From: Candidatus Kapaibacterium sp.
Lineage (GTDB): Bacteria; Bacteroidota; Ignavibacteria; OLB7
Assembly (NCBI GenBank): GCA_035549015.1
Contig: DASZRW010000135.1
Span: 3,387 to 67,386, forward strand
Direction of reading: 5' to 3'
Length of the DNA stretch: 64,000 nucleotides
In this document: one piece after another, positions 37,398 through 47,639 of the stretch
Layout of the letters: each line of letters opens with the position of its first letter
Numbering within the stretch: position 1 is the first letter of the stretch
Made by a program: the position numbers and the translations under genes
Notes under the pieces: generated by a model
The model's input: the letters and a program-made list of their open reading frames with translations, nothing else
The model's database searches: none
Told to the model about the DNA's origin: nothing

Positions 37398-37838
37398 TCA
37401 GGGGATCATCCAGACTCTGCGAGCCTTGAGCCGATGCTGCAGCAGGTTTGATATCGCCTTCAGGCTATACTCGACTCCAAACCGGTCCCGCAGCCAGCGT
37501 TGAATCTCGTTCAACGTGCCGACGTGTTCCGACTTCAGTTTGCAGCGCAGTTCTTCCAGCTCGCTGCGATTGATTCTCATCCGTCCCGGATCGGCGTTCT
37601 CATCGTGGATGAGAGCATCCAGCCCATGCTGAGTATACTCTTTCAGCCATCGATGCACGCTTCGTTCTGAGCATCCGATTATGGCACTCACTTCCGACAG
37701 GGGGAGAGAGGGTGCCTCCTTCAATATCCGGAGCATCTTCAAACGATTCGTCTGCTGCTGCTGACCGGTATACTGCCGTTCCAGAGCCGCGAGGGTCCGC
37801 AGGCTCTCCTCAATTCGACCGTTCCGTTTTCGTGGCAT
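37398..37838 (-). CDS. small helix-turn-helix protein (146 aa), paralog of the N-terminal domain of the downstream LuxR-type regulator; IS630-transposase-N-terminus-like HTH
   Basis: Clear similarity to residues ~15-150 of the 39203..40474 protein, for example SLKAISNLLQHRLKARRVWMIP versus SLKGVANLLQRKLKARRMWLVS. No DDE domain follows. Confidence 0.55.
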   Translation of the reverse strand: MPRKRNGRIEESLRTLAALERQYTGQQQQTNRLKMLRILKEAPSLPLSEVSAIIGCSERSVHRWLKEYTQHGLDALIHDENADPGRMRINRSELEELRCKLKSEHVGTLNEIQRWLRDRFGVEYSLKAISNLLQHRLKARRVWMIP

Positions 37839-37880
37839 AAACGTCTTCGGTTCAACTCAATATGGGGGCGGCGCGTGTCC

Positions 37881-38051
37881 GGCGATGGTACACGCTCAGC
37901 AGCCAATGATAACCATGCTGCCGTCAACAAGAAAGCGAAGCATCCTGATACGCACATCCTGTGTTTCGCCGCGGTACCGCTGGTCCATCGATTGAATCGT
38001 CTCGATGTTTTCTTCGGCCTGAATCTGTTCGGCGTTCTTCGTGCGCTGCAT
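37881..38051 (-). CDS. unannotated 56-aa ORF, third (truncated) paralog of the same HTH-family N-terminus; possible pseudogene fragment or small regulator
   Basis: My own translation of the minus strand gives MQRTKNAEQIQAEENIETIQSMDQRYRGETQDVRIRMLRFLVDGSMVIIGC. It has SD GGAG 7 nt upstream. ETIQSMDQRYRGETQDVRIRMLRFL parallels ESLEFLLNLEQHYRGESQEPRIKVLRLL of the LuxR-type protein. Confidence 0.3.
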
Positions 38052-38418
38052 GGGAACAACTCCTGTTGAAGTTATTTGGGGGACCTTGTTATGTCATGAT
38101 CGATCCTCGGCGACCAGGCTGGTCGGCCGGTGAGGTGCCGCCCTGGTGTGGGGAGCGAGATCCGCGCCGCAGTATGCACCTCGAAAACCCTTCGGAGCAG
38201 GGTATGCAGTGCAGTCGGATCTTCGCCGGCCGTCGTGCTTGCGTTGGTGCAGGTGGCCCCATGCACCATTGCCGCCGAGGTTCCATGCCGTGCGAACGTT
38301 CTCGCACGGGTTGCGCGCCGTTTCGAAGGGATCGCATCTCTCGAATGCCGCGCGCGGATCCCTCGAGCGACGACCGGGCTTCGCGGGGCCCGATCGCCGC
38401 CCTCTTCAGACCGGATTC

Positions 38419-39042
38419 TCAGTAGATCTGGTATGCCGAGCCGGAGTAATCATCCGCCGTGGGCTCATAACCGGAGACCTGCGGGCCGATGTGCTGGCCG
38501 GGGCTCAGCGGCTGAACAACCGCGAGGCCCGTGGAGCCGAGCGAGACCGCGTACGGCCACACGCTGAAATCACCCTGATAGCAGGGATGGAACAGTGTTG
38601 TGAGGCCGGAGTTGCAGCGGAGCACATTCGGATCGGCAACAACGGTTACGTTCAGGCTGCCCGTGGTGGGAGCCGGCGTATATCCGAGCAGCACACCCTG
38701 ATTGATTGCCGCGTCGGAAAGCCATGCATAGATCGTCTTGGTCGTGGCCGCATCGACAAGCGTTCCATTCTCACCGCAGAAGCGGGTGGAGTCGCTCATG
38801 ATCTGATAGCTGACCGAACCGGTGGAAGTGCGGAACGAACCAACCACGGTGATTACAGTATGAGTCGGCCGTTGATTCTTTGCCAGGATCGGAGTGCCCG
38901 TGCCATCGTTGATAAAGCCAACCTGTACCGGGAAGGTGCCGATCAACGTTGCGGACGCATCCGGCAGGTAAACCCGGTTCTGGGCAGAGACAATGGTGTT
39001 GAGTGTCGCAAGGAGGAAGAGGGATACTACTACGTTCTTCAT
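38419..39042 (-). CDS. small secreted hypothetical protein (207 aa) with a signal peptide
   Basis: Internal ATG gives MKNVVVSLFLLATLNTIVSAQ, then a Thr/Gly/Ser-rich beta-like sequence. The opposite-strand ORF 38146..39048 is Arg-rich junk. Confidence 0.5.
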   Translation of the reverse strand: MKNVVVSLFLLATLNTIVSAQNRVYLPDASATLIGTFPVQVGFINDGTGTPILAKNQRPTHTVITVVGSFRTSTGSVSYQIMSDSTRFCGENGTLVDAATTKTIYAWLSDAAINQGVLLGYTPAPTTGSLNVTVVADPNVLRCNSGLTTLFHPCYQGDFSVWPYAVSLGSTGLAVVQPLSPGQHIGPQVSGYEPTADDYSGSAYQIY

Positions 39043-39202
39043 GAGTGATTCAGCCTGAAGGGATTGAGGGATTGACCTGAGAAGGGGAATAACCATGCAG
39101 CAGAACGCATGATCACGACCGCCACAAATTTCGCCTGTCCGGAGTACAGTGGACAATTGCACTTTTGTGGAAATCTTCAGACGTAGCACGTACGGGCCGC
39201 GC

Positions 39203-40474
39203 TCACGAATTATGGAGGTTGAGGCGAGGTGTGAAGTACTTTGCGAAGAGCTCTGTGTAGCTGCGCGTTCCGGTCTTGCGGTGCACCGATCCGAGGTGCT
39301 TCTTGATGGCGTCCTCGGAGATACTGAGCTGGTCGGCGATCTCCTTGTAGGAGAGTCCGAGAAGCCGAAGCATCACAACGCGACGTTCCTGTGTGGAGAG
39401 CCCGGCCTCCTGCGTCATGTTCTTCAACGCGTCGTGGAACATCCGGTCAACCGGGTGCGCATAATGATAGCGGGCGATGAGATCGGAGAGCATGTAAATG
39501 ATGAATGGCTCCATCAATGCTACCGTATTCCTCGATCGTTCAGACGTGACGGGCTTTGTACGGTCGCGCCAGAGAAAGATCGTTCCCAGATATGCGTGAT
39601 CATTGTAGTAATAATCGAAGCTGACGGGCGGATGGAATTGATCGACGGGAAGTCCCTGGCTGCGAAAATTATCGAGCAGGCGATCGGACGGGCGCTCGCC
39701 TTCGTGGTACGACGTGACCGACACGCCTTCCACGCCGGACGTTGCGTCCACAGTGATCATCATGTCCGGCTGATATACGTCGGGATCCTGCAGAGCACAG
39801 TTGATGTTCACATATATCGAGACGCGATCTACCTCTCCGATCAATTCCAGCAGTGCCTCGCGGTACCGGTCAACGGCACGCTGCGTGTCGTTTGTCAGCG
39901 GCAGACGGTTCAAAAAGTGAAGTACGTTGTCAGGAATAACCGCCTTCTCCGCAGTGGCGGTTACGGCCTTTCCCTCGGCAACGCGTATCTCTCCGCCATC
40001 GGAAACCAGCCACATGCGGCGCGCCTTCAGCTTGCGCTGCAACAGATTGGCAACACCTTTCAAACTGTAGCGAAGCCCGAACCGTTGCTCCAACCACGAC
40101 TGCACATCATTCAGGGTAGTGAGTTCTCCGGTGTGGAGTTTGTTGCGCAACTCATCGATCTCATGGCGGCCAAGCGTGCTTGCCCTGCTGCCGGCGCGCG
40201 TACGATTGCTGAGCAGCCCTTCGATGCCGTCGCTCTGATATGCCGCCCACCAACGATTTGCACTGCGCTCCGAACTTCCCGCGAGCGATGCCGCCTGTTC
40301 GAGAGTGCGCGTAGGGTTCTCCTTCAGAAGTCGCAGCACCTTGATGCGCGGCTCCTGTGATTCTCCCCTGTAATGCTGCTCGAGGTTGAGCAGAAATTCC
40401 AGGCTCTCGTGAATATGTGCTGTCCGTTGCCGAGCCATTGGCCGGAATCGTTCGGTGCCGTGATCAAGCCACAA
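39203..40474 (-). CDS. LuxR-family transcriptional regulator with an N-terminal IS630-like HTH domain and a central domain of unknown function
   Basis: The C-terminal VVMLRLLGLSYKEIADQLSISEDAIKKHLGSVHRKTG is a GerE/LuxR-type HTH. The N-terminal ~140 aa is paralogous to the 37398..37838 protein. Confidence 0.65.
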   Translation of the reverse strand: MWLDHGTERFRPMARQRTAHIHESLEFLLNLEQHYRGESQEPRIKVLRLLKENPTRTLEQAASLAGSSERSANRWWAAYQSDGIEGLLSNRTRAGSRASTLGRHEIDELRNKLHTGELTTLNDVQSWLEQRFGLRYSLKGVANLLQRKLKARRMWLVSDGGEIRVAEGKAVTATAEKAVIPDNVLHFLNRLPLTNDTQRAVDRYREALLELIGEVDRVSIYVNINCALQDPDVYQPDMMITVDATSGVEGVSVTSYHEGERPSDRLLDNFRSQGLPVDQFHPPVSFDYYYNDHAYLGTIFLWRDRTKPVTSERSRNTVALMEPFIIYMLSDLIARYHYAHPVDRMFHDALKNMTQEAGLSTQERRVVMLRLLGLSYKEIADQLSISEDAIKKHLGSVHRKTGTRSYTELFAKYFTPRLNLHNS

Positions 40475-41659
40475 TCAACACGCTTCAACGTTTGCGCATG
40501 CAAAATCGCTCTACACGGTTAGTTGCGGGTAGACGAAAGGATAGAAGTAGAATTGAACCAGCCGCATGTTGCCATTGTCGGCAGGCGATGGAGTTCTTGC
40601 CCGACGTGACTCTCGATTGATTGCCTGGACAATGTGTATCTGCCGGAGGGGCGAAATCGCGGCACTCAACAGGTGGGGCAGGCGTTGAATGTCTACGATA
40701 TCGTTAGGCGCGGGATGCGCAGAAGCAAGTGCACGTGCGCTCGAGTGCGATAGGTCCGTACTGCGGAAGTCGTAGGAAGCAGGAAGTCGGAATCTAGAAG
40801 ATTCGAGCGCGGCGAAGATACAATTGTGTCCGGTTGTCAACAAGATATACGGCCCGAAAAAATGGTAAGCCTATCCACTTTCCGTAGCAATGCGAAACAA
40901 TGGGACGTGTGAGGTAAACAACGGGACCCGAAGATACGAAACGAATGGGCCATACCTCATTACTCCGATAGCGATCTTCGGAGTCCGCTCATTCGTTCGT
41001 CCTCATCTTCAGAGCAAGCATCCTTCTGATAACCGGCCGAAGCGGCGAGTCTGGGCTGGACCGGCATTCATTTGCTCCGCATGAGAGCGGATGGGAAGGA
41101 CCTCGTCGTCTGCCGCACATGCACCTGTGTCGCATGCGGCATGTGTCGCAGCCCTGTCGAAACCGTCGCGGGCCTGCCCGCCGTTTCGGGATCCAGGATC
41201 TGCATCCACAAGATTTCAACTTTCCGTTGGAGTCGCAAGCGATTCCGATTCACGGAACGGGCCGTGCGTTGCGCTCCGTTTCCGCGATGAGCCCGGCCGG
41301 CACCCCGTTCGAACAGGCCTGCGCTAAACCTCCGGGGTGCTTTCTCGGCAGGGGCCAATGTACGTCATCCATGTCACCGGGCAAATATATACAATAGTAC
41401 GCATCGAATCTTCACCAATCCAACCGCGAATCAATCGCGTGCGCTCTCCTCCACGGCATCGGGCGCCGAGTCTGCGTCCCGTGTGCTCCGGGCGAACCGT
41501 TGTGCACACGCCCTCTCGTGCCGCCTGGCGCAGAGCTTCCGCCACTGCCGTGCCGGGCGGCAATTCCAGGCGGCAATTGTGTTCGCAGTTGGCTCGAAAG
41601 GCGTGGCGTGGCTGAAGAGGGTACCGGTGACGATCCGACAGCATTGAGCGGTCCGGGCC

Positions 41660-43426
41660 TCAGCGGCCGGTAAACACGATGTCCACGCCGTTCGTTGCCC
41701 ATCGCGGCCGTACGCGCACGTTCCCCTGCCAGGCAACATATGCCTCGGCGTGGCGATAGGGCATCAGCGAGCCGTAATCGTACACTCCCGTGCGGCTGTC
41801 GTCGCGGAACGCGCTGATCTCGTATTCCCCTTCCGGAAGCGCCTTGAACTCCCACGCTCCGCTCTTCACATTCCTCAGTGTGTACCGCGTGCCGGCACCT
41901 GCCGCCGTGGCCACCACCACGTGTGCCGCGCCGGGTGCCGCAGTGTCCGTTAACGTACCCTGAAGCGTTCCGCTCTGCCGCGGGAGCGTCACTGCAATCG
42001 GGAACCGTACTACGGAGTCCGGCCGGTTTCCCGCCAGGTCACGAAAGCGCCGGCGATCGATCTCCAGAATCGCCCGCTGCACGCCGACCAACGTGTCCAG
42101 CGGTCGCGCGATGAACTGTGTGGGAGATGTTCGCTCCACCGTGAAGCGTGCACGGGCGCCCTTCGCCGCCGTGTCGCGCATGACAACCGCCCCCTCGAGA
42201 ACCGTGTCGCGCACCGGCTCATCGAACGCAATCACGATCGAATCCGGAAACGCATACGCCTTCACGGAGTCGATTGCGAGCGGAAGCAGAAGCGGAGGGG
42301 TGGAGTCCTCGCCGGAGGCCACCGTGAACGTGGCGTGGGCCGCGCTGTCCGGCATCCTGTTGCCGGAGGTATCGCGCATCGCGTGAAGCGTGATCGTTGC
42401 CTCCGCCTTTGCCGGAAGCGGCGTGTGGATCACATCCACGATCAGCCTGGAGGCGGCCGTGCGCCAGACGCTGGAGACCGTTGCCGTTGTGCCGGCCGCG
42501 GTCATCGTGATGTTCGCCGCGCGAAGATCGGCTGTGTCGATCGGTTCGCTGAGCTTCAACTCCGTCAGCACCGGCGAGACCGATCGCGCACCGTACAGCG
42601 TCGGCGCCGTCAGGTCGTCCGGCGCCGGCCGAAGACGAATCGAGACGCCGGCAATCACCTCGCCGGCGGAGTCCAGCTTCACATCCCTGGTCCCGACCCC
42701 GAACGCGTCCTGGCCGGGCGTGTAGAGCTGATCGGCAGGATCGTCTACAACCGCGGCAATCCTGAAGCGCCCCGGCGGAATCCCCTCCATGGAGAACCGG
42801 CCGTCGTCGCCGATCGGTGCGATGAACTCTGGATGAATGAAATCCGGCCGGAAGCGCGCCTCGAACCCGGCCGTGTCCGCAGGGAGAAACCATGCGAAGA
42901 TGAACGCCTTCCCCTGGGCCTTCCCCAGCACGTTCCCCTGAATGCGGCCGCTGTCGATATGGTGCCCCGTTGCGAAGCGAAGCGTGTAGGGATGGCCGAG
43001 CCTGTTGTTGGAGAGATCGGTGATGGAGGAGCCCAGCGTTACCGCATACGTCCGGTCCTCCAGCAGCGGCTTGCCGAACGAGATCTCCATCGTGCTTCCG
43101 CTCCAGCTGTACTCCGGCTGTTCCGCCGGGATGGGAGTAATCACCACCGCTGCCGGCACGGCAGCTTCGTTCACATACTCGCTGAACGTGATGGAGATCG
43201 TCCGGTCGTGGTAATCGATTGTGCCGCTGGCAGGCAGCGTGGTGACCACGGTTGGGGCCGTGGTATCCGCCGGGCCGCCGGGCGGGGCGGCCTGCCAGTT
43301 GGAAGCGCACGACATAAGGCTCAACGATGCAATGCAGGCAACAATCGCCAGCACGATCCATGCCGGAATCCGCGGCACCGGCGCGCCGCCGTTTCTGAAT
43401 TCAGGATTGCTTCCGTGATGTTGCAT
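41660..43426 (-). CDS. lipoprotein with SbsA-type (Big_5-like) Ig domains
   Basis: Internal ATG at 43426. The sequence ...IVACIASLSLMSCAS is lipobox-like. Repeated Pro/Thr/Val-rich Ig-like segments include TAPTVVTTLPASGTIDYHDRTISITFSEYV. Confidence 0.5.
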   Translation of the reverse strand: MQHHGSNPEFRNGGAPVPRIPAWIVLAIVACIASLSLMSCASNWQAAPPGGPADTTAPTVVTTLPASGTIDYHDRTISITFSEYVNEAAVPAAVVITPIPAEQPEYSWSGSTMEISFGKPLLEDRTYAVTLGSSITDLSNNRLGHPYTLRFATGHHIDSGRIQGNVLGKAQGKAFIFAWFLPADTAGFEARFRPDFIHPEFIAPIGDDGRFSMEGIPPGRFRIAAVVDDPADQLYTPGQDAFGVGTRDVKLDSAGEVIAGVSIRLRPAPDDLTAPTLYGARSVSPVLTELKLSEPIDTADLRAANITMTAAGTTATVSSVWRTAASRLIVDVIHTPLPAKAEATITLHAMRDTSGNRMPDSAAHATFTVASGEDSTPPLLLPLAIDSVKAYAFPDSIVIAFDEPVRDTVLEGAVVMRDTAAKGARARFTVERTSPTQFIARPLDTLVGVQRAILEIDRRRFRDLAGNRPDSVVRFPIAVTLPRQSGTLQGTLTDTAAPGAAHVVVATAAGAGTRYTLRNVKSGAWEFKALPEGEYEISAFRDDSRTGVYDYGSLMPYRHAEAYVAWQGNVRVRPRWATNGVDIVFTGR

Positions 43427-43520
43427 TGAACAGCCATGATGTTCGCCATCGCGCGGAACCGGATTGCCGGTCTCCGCAACGGGCCGGAGCATTCCGCCCG
43501 TACGGTACGGCGCCGGGATT

Positions 43521-45194
43521 CTATTCGCGAACCAGACGCTTGTACTTGATACGATGCGGGCGATCCGCCTCGATGCCAAGCCGGCGCTTGCGGTCCTCCT
43601 CGTACTGCGAATAGTTGCCGTCGAACCAGCGCACGTTGCTCTCGCCTTCGAACGCGAGGATGTGCGTGGCCACGCGATCGAGGAACCAGCGATCGTGCGA
43701 GATCACCACCGCGCACCCCGCGAACTCCATCAGGGCCTCCTCCAGCGCGCGCAGAGTGTTCACATCCAGATCGTTGGTGGGCTCGTCCAGCAACAATACG
43801 TTCCCCCCTTCCTTCAGCATCTTCGCCAGATGCACACGATTGCGTTCGCCGCCGGAGATCTCGCTCACCTTCTTCTGCTGATCGCTACCGTTGAAGTTGA
43901 ACCGTGCCACGTACGCGCGCGAATTCACCTCACGATTGCCGAGCGCTATCAGATCCTGCCCGTCCGAAATCTCCTGCCAGATCGTCTTCTCCGGGTCCAG
44001 CGGGCGTGCCTGGTCCACATAGGAAAGCTTCACCGTATCGCCGATCGTGAACTCGCCTGCATCCGCCGTCTCCTGGCCGGTGATCATCCGGAAGAGCGTG
44101 GTCTTGCCTGCACCGTTCGGACCGATCACGCCGATGATGCCGCCGGGAGGGAGGGAGAAGCTGAGATCCTCGTACAGAAGTCGGTCGCCGAAGCCCTTCG
44201 CAACGGACTTCGCCTCGATCACGGTGTTGCCGAGACGCGGTCCGTTCGGAATGAAGATCTCCATCTCCTCGCTCTGGCGCTCGTGCTCCTCACTCAGCAT
44301 CTTCTCGTAGGCTGCGATGCGCGCCTTGCTCTTCGCATGCCGTCCCTTCGGATTCGTACGCACCCACTCCAGCTCCTCGGCCAGCGCCTTCTGCCGCTTG
44401 GATTCCTGGCGCTCCTCCAGTTCCAGCCGGCTCTTCTTCTGCTCCAGCCACGAGGAATAATTCCCCTCGAACGGAATACCCTGGCCGCGATCCAGTTCAA
44501 GAATCCAACCGGCCACGTTGTCCAGGAAGTAGCGATCATGCGTCACGGCGATGATCGTTCCCTTGTACTGTGCCAGATGGTGCTCCAGCCATGCCACGGA
44601 CTCCGCGTCCAGGTGGTTGGTGGGCTCGTCCAGCAGCAGCACGTCCGGCTCCTGAAGCAGCAGGCGGCAGAGCGCCACGCGACGGCGCTCGCCGCCGGAG
44701 AGAACAGAGATCGGCGTATCGCCGTCCGGGCAGCGGAGTGCCTCCATCGCCTGCTCCAGCCTGCTGTCCAGATCCCACGCATTCAGATGCTCGATCCGCT
44801 CCTGCAGCTTCGCCTGCTTCTCCATCAGCAGATCGAAGTCCGCATCCGGCTCCGCAAACTGCGCGCTGATCGCCTCGTACTCCTTCAACAGCGCCACCGT
44901 CTCCGCGGCTCCCTCCTCAACGATCTCGCGCACCGTCCGCGTGGGATCCAGCTCTGGCTCCTGCGAGAGCAGCCCGAACGTGATTCCCTTCTGCGCGTTG
45001 ATCTGCCCGTCGTAGTCCGGATCCACGCCGGCGATGATCCGCAGCAGCGTGCTCTTGCCGGCGCCGTTCAGGCCCAGCACGCCGATCTTCGCGCCGTAGA
45101 AGAAGGAGAGATAGATATCCTTCAGAACCTGCTTGTTGTTGCGGTGGGTTTTGCCCACCCCTATCATCGAAAAAATGATCTTGGTATCGCTCAT
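43521..45194 (-). CDS. ettA: ABC-F family energy-dependent translational throttle protein EttA
   Basis: Two ABC cassettes (GLNGAGKSTL and GPNGAGKTTLF), Walker B sites and signature motifs. The N-terminus MSDTKIIFSM..VGKTH..KQVLKDIYLSFFYGAKIGVLG closely parallels E. coli EttA. Confidence 0.85.
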   Translation of the reverse strand: MSDTKIIFSMIGVGKTHRNNKQVLKDIYLSFFYGAKIGVLGLNGAGKSTLLRIIAGVDPDYDGQINAQKGITFGLLSQEPELDPTRTVREIVEEGAAETVALLKEYEAISAQFAEPDADFDLLMEKQAKLQERIEHLNAWDLDSRLEQAMEALRCPDGDTPISVLSGGERRRVALCRLLLQEPDVLLLDEPTNHLDAESVAWLEHHLAQYKGTIIAVTHDRYFLDNVAGWILELDRGQGIPFEGNYSSWLEQKKSRLELEERQESKRQKALAEELEWVRTNPKGRHAKSKARIAAYEKMLSEEHERQSEEMEIFIPNGPRLGNTVIEAKSVAKGFGDRLLYEDLSFSLPPGGIIGVIGPNGAGKTTLFRMITGQETADAGEFTIGDTVKLSYVDQARPLDPEKTIWQEISDGQDLIALGNREVNSRAYVARFNFNGSDQQKKVSEISGGERNRVHLAKMLKEGGNVLLLDEPTNDLDVNTLRALEEALMEFAGCAVVISHDRWFLDRVATHILAFEGESNVRWFDGNYSQYEEDRKRRLGIEADRPHRIKYKRLVRE

Positions 45195-45352
45195 GGTCTT
45201 GATTGGTCGTCGTTCAGGAAAGCCCTCAAGTTACGGCGCGGGCCAATGCCTGTGCAAAGGTGGTCGGTAACCGGTGGTGACGTGGTTCGGTGCGGGAGCG
45301 GCTGCACGGAAGGATGGAGGGCCGGTTGTACCGCCATCGGCTGCGAGCGGGA

Positions 45353-46186
45353 CTATTCATTCTGCGGCCATGCCTCGTGGAACAGAACGTGTACCGGTCC
45401 ATCGTGCAGATCCGCGGCGGCGGCCTTGCGAACGGCTTCGGGAGCGTAGCCGCTTTCGATTCGTTCGGCCCGTACCGTTCTCCCCTCGAGCGCTGTCCCC
45501 TCGAGATGGAAGATCACGCGCCACGACTTCACGGCGAGCTCCAGCGTTCCATCGCTCCGCTCGCGTATTCTTCTGTACGGATGCGGGAATGGTGTTCGCT
45601 GCAGTGCCGTGCGTGCAGTGATCTCCAGGTCCACTCCGCGCGCGGCAAGCCATGCAAGCTGCCGGCGCGCGTGCTCGCTCCATTCCACACTGTACAGCTC
45701 CAGGGTGGCGGCAACGGAGTCCAGCCATCCCGCACGCGCATCGGGGTGCGCCTCCACATAGGGGAGATATGGCTTGATGTCCAGGACGGGCGTTCCATCC
45801 AGAATGTCCACGTCGGCAACGCGGAGCGTCCGCCCGCGAACATCCAGCAGCCGGAGGAGCGAGAGGCCGATCGGATTTGGCCGATGCGGCGACCGCGTTG
45901 CAAAGAGACCGCGCCGCGTGCCGTCGCCGCGCGGCGGAAGAACCTTCGGCTTCCACGTGTCGTTGCGATCGAACCAGTAGATCACCCAGATGAACTCGAA
46001 GCCGTTCAGATCGGCGACGGCCTGCTCGAAGTTGCGCCCCGCATACAGCTCGATCACTCCCTCCGCTCCCTGCCCGGCCGTGCCGGGCTGTCGCGGAGCG
46101 TCGGCGCGGTCCAGATAGGGCGTGCGGATGAAGCCTATCGGCTCCATCGTTATCCTTCGCGGGGTATCGCCGTCGTGATCGTTCAT
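45353..46186 (-). CDS. trmO: tRNA (adenine37-N6)-methyltransferase TrmO/TsaA (YaeB family)
   Basis: IGFIRTPY...GLFATRSPHRPNPIGLS...DGTPVLDIKPY are YaeB-family hallmarks. The start is taken at ATG 46186. The overlapping 45357..46277 frame is Arg-rich junk. Confidence 0.75.
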   Translation of the reverse strand: MNDHDGDTPRRITMEPIGFIRTPYLDRADAPRQPGTAGQGAEGVIELYAGRNFEQAVADLNGFEFIWVIYWFDRNDTWKPKVLPPRGDGTRRGLFATRSPHRPNPIGLSLLRLLDVRGRTLRVADVDILDGTPVLDIKPYLPYVEAHPDARAGWLDSVAATLELYSVEWSEHARRQLAWLAARGVDLEITARTALQRTPFPHPYRRIRERSDGTLELAVKSWRVIFHLEGTALEGRTVRAERIESGYAPEAVRKAAAADLHDGPVHVLFHEAWPQNE

Positions 46187-46355
46187 CGGATATCGATTGG
46201 TGATGCAAATATCGATAGGGCGATGCGATGCTCGCGTGCGCCTCTGCCGCATGATACAGAGACGAACACGCCGGCACCCACAGTCTTCACTGGATGCCGG
46301 CGTGTTGATTGTTCATGCCAGGGGAACGGGGCGTGCGCGGAGCGGACGATGTGTG

Positions 46356-47639
46356 CTATACCGCCAGGTAGGAGGATACCCAGCCATGCCTGCGCGGGAT
46401 CTCGTTGGATGAGAGAATCTCCACATCGTCGCAGGCGAGCGCGATCGGCCGTGCGCCGATGGCGTTGCTCATCAGATAGTGCGGGCCTGCGAGCGTCCCG
46501 CCGTCCTGATCGATCGAGAGCGTACCCCGTGCGCTTGCGAAGCCGATGGCTGGGAAGGCGACGGCCAGTTCGCGAACGTCGTTCTCCGTCGTCACCAGGG
46601 CGTGATCGATCAGGTTGGCAGTATCGTAGCCAAGGAGCGCGAACGCGTCCGGAGCGGTGTGCCCGGTGCGTCGGCAGCGGGAGGCGAAGAGGAGGCTCTC
46701 ATCCGGTGCGAACGCCGGTGCCCACACGCCAACGGTGTAGGTGCGAAGCCGTGAGAAGATGGTGCCTCCTCCCGGCAGGTTGCCGGCACAGAGCGGCATG
46801 CGCGGATCGATGTTCATCACGGGGATGCGGCGGGCTTCCGGCGAGGCCGCGTATGCGCCGATGAAGCCCCCATCGGTTGCGGTTGCATGCAGCGAGAGCA
46901 CGAAGTCCGGCGCGGCATTCACGATCTGCCGTACAACGGCGTGCTGCTCCGGGCGTTCCACCGGCGCGTTGGTGACAACGGAGTGCACGATTGTTCCGCC
47001 GGCACGTTCGAAGGCGATGCGGAAGGCGGGAGCGATATCGAAGCCGCTCTCCACGAACGAGGAGGCAATGGCGCAGCGGCTTCCGAGATTCCCTGCCGCC
47101 CATGTGCCGGCGCGATAGGCGCCCTGCCACATGCCGAGCGAGCTCTGGAAGAGATAGGGCGAGGTACCTGCGCGATCGGCAATTCGTTCGCCGGCGTGTA
47201 CCGCTACAAACGGAACACGGCCATCTTCAAACATGTCGCGAACCCAGCGTGCCGCGGACGGACTCATCATTCCCACGACAACGTCGGCGCTTCGATCCTT
47301 CGTAATACGCCGGGCCGCAGCGATCGCCTGGTTCACGCCGTAGCCGATGTTCACCGCGTTTACCTCGATCCCCCGGCGCCCGACGAGGCGCTCGCGCGAG
47401 CCGAGGAACGTCTCGATGCCGGCGCGGACCATTCCCGTGCCGAGGGCTCCCTTGTCCGGATGGAGCAGAGCCACGCGCACCGGCCTTCCCGAGGCGCCGA
47501 AGGGGGAGAACATCGATCCATTTCGAACGCCGTTGAAACCCGGGAGGATGGGTCTGGTGACAACCGCCGCGGATGCAAGGCCCAGCTTCTTCAGGGCGCT
47601 GCGTCTGCTGTCGTCGGTGTACGTTGTGTCCGTCTTCAT
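46356..47639 (-). CDS. ABC transporter substrate-binding protein (branched-chain amino acid / Peripla_BP_6-like) with a Tat-type signal
   Basis: SRRSALKKLGLASAAVV is a twin-arginine motif. Composition is periplasmic-binding-protein type I. Confidence 0.6.
   Translation of the reverse strand: MKTDTTYTDDSRRSALKKLGLASAAVVTRPILPGFNGVRNGSMFSPFGASGRPVRVALLHPDKGALGTGMVRAGIETFLGSRERLVGRRGIEVNAVNIGYGVNQAIAAARRITKDRSADVVVGMMSPSAARWVRDMFEDGRVPFVAVHAGERIADRAGTSPYLFQSSLGMWQGAYRAGTWAAGNLGSRCAIASSFVESGFDIAPAFRIAFERAGGTIVHSVVTNAPVERPEQHAVVRQIVNAAPDFVLSLHATATDGGFIGAYAASPEARRIPVMNIDPRMPLCAGNLPGGGTIFSRLRTYTVGVWAPAFAPDESLLFASRCRRTGHTAPDAFALLGYDTANLIDHALVTTENDVRELAVAFPAIGFASARGTLSIDQDGGTLAGPHYLMSNAIGARPIALACDDVEILSSNEIPRRHGWVSSYLAV

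Noticed and set aside
37398-37838. Possible IS630-family insertion sequence or transposase pseudogene.
   Set aside because: Only the N-terminal HTH region is present. There is no DDE catalytic domain or remnant in any frame downstream and I found no flanking terminal inverted repeats. The same domain is fused in-frame to a LuxR HTH in the neighbouring gene, which points to a regulator family rather than a mobile element.
38146-40360. + strand ORFs of 300 aa (38146..39048) and 403 aa (39149..40360) opposite the secreted-protein and LuxR-type genes.
   Set aside because: They have Arg-rich junk composition. The minus-strand products have a signal peptide and recognisable HTH domains respectively.
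45290-46864. 524-aa + ORF and the 306-aa minus ORF 45357..46277 overlapping trmO.
   Set aside because: They are extremely Arg-rich and low-complexity. The 45353..46186 minus frame encodes a canonical YaeB/TrmO protein.
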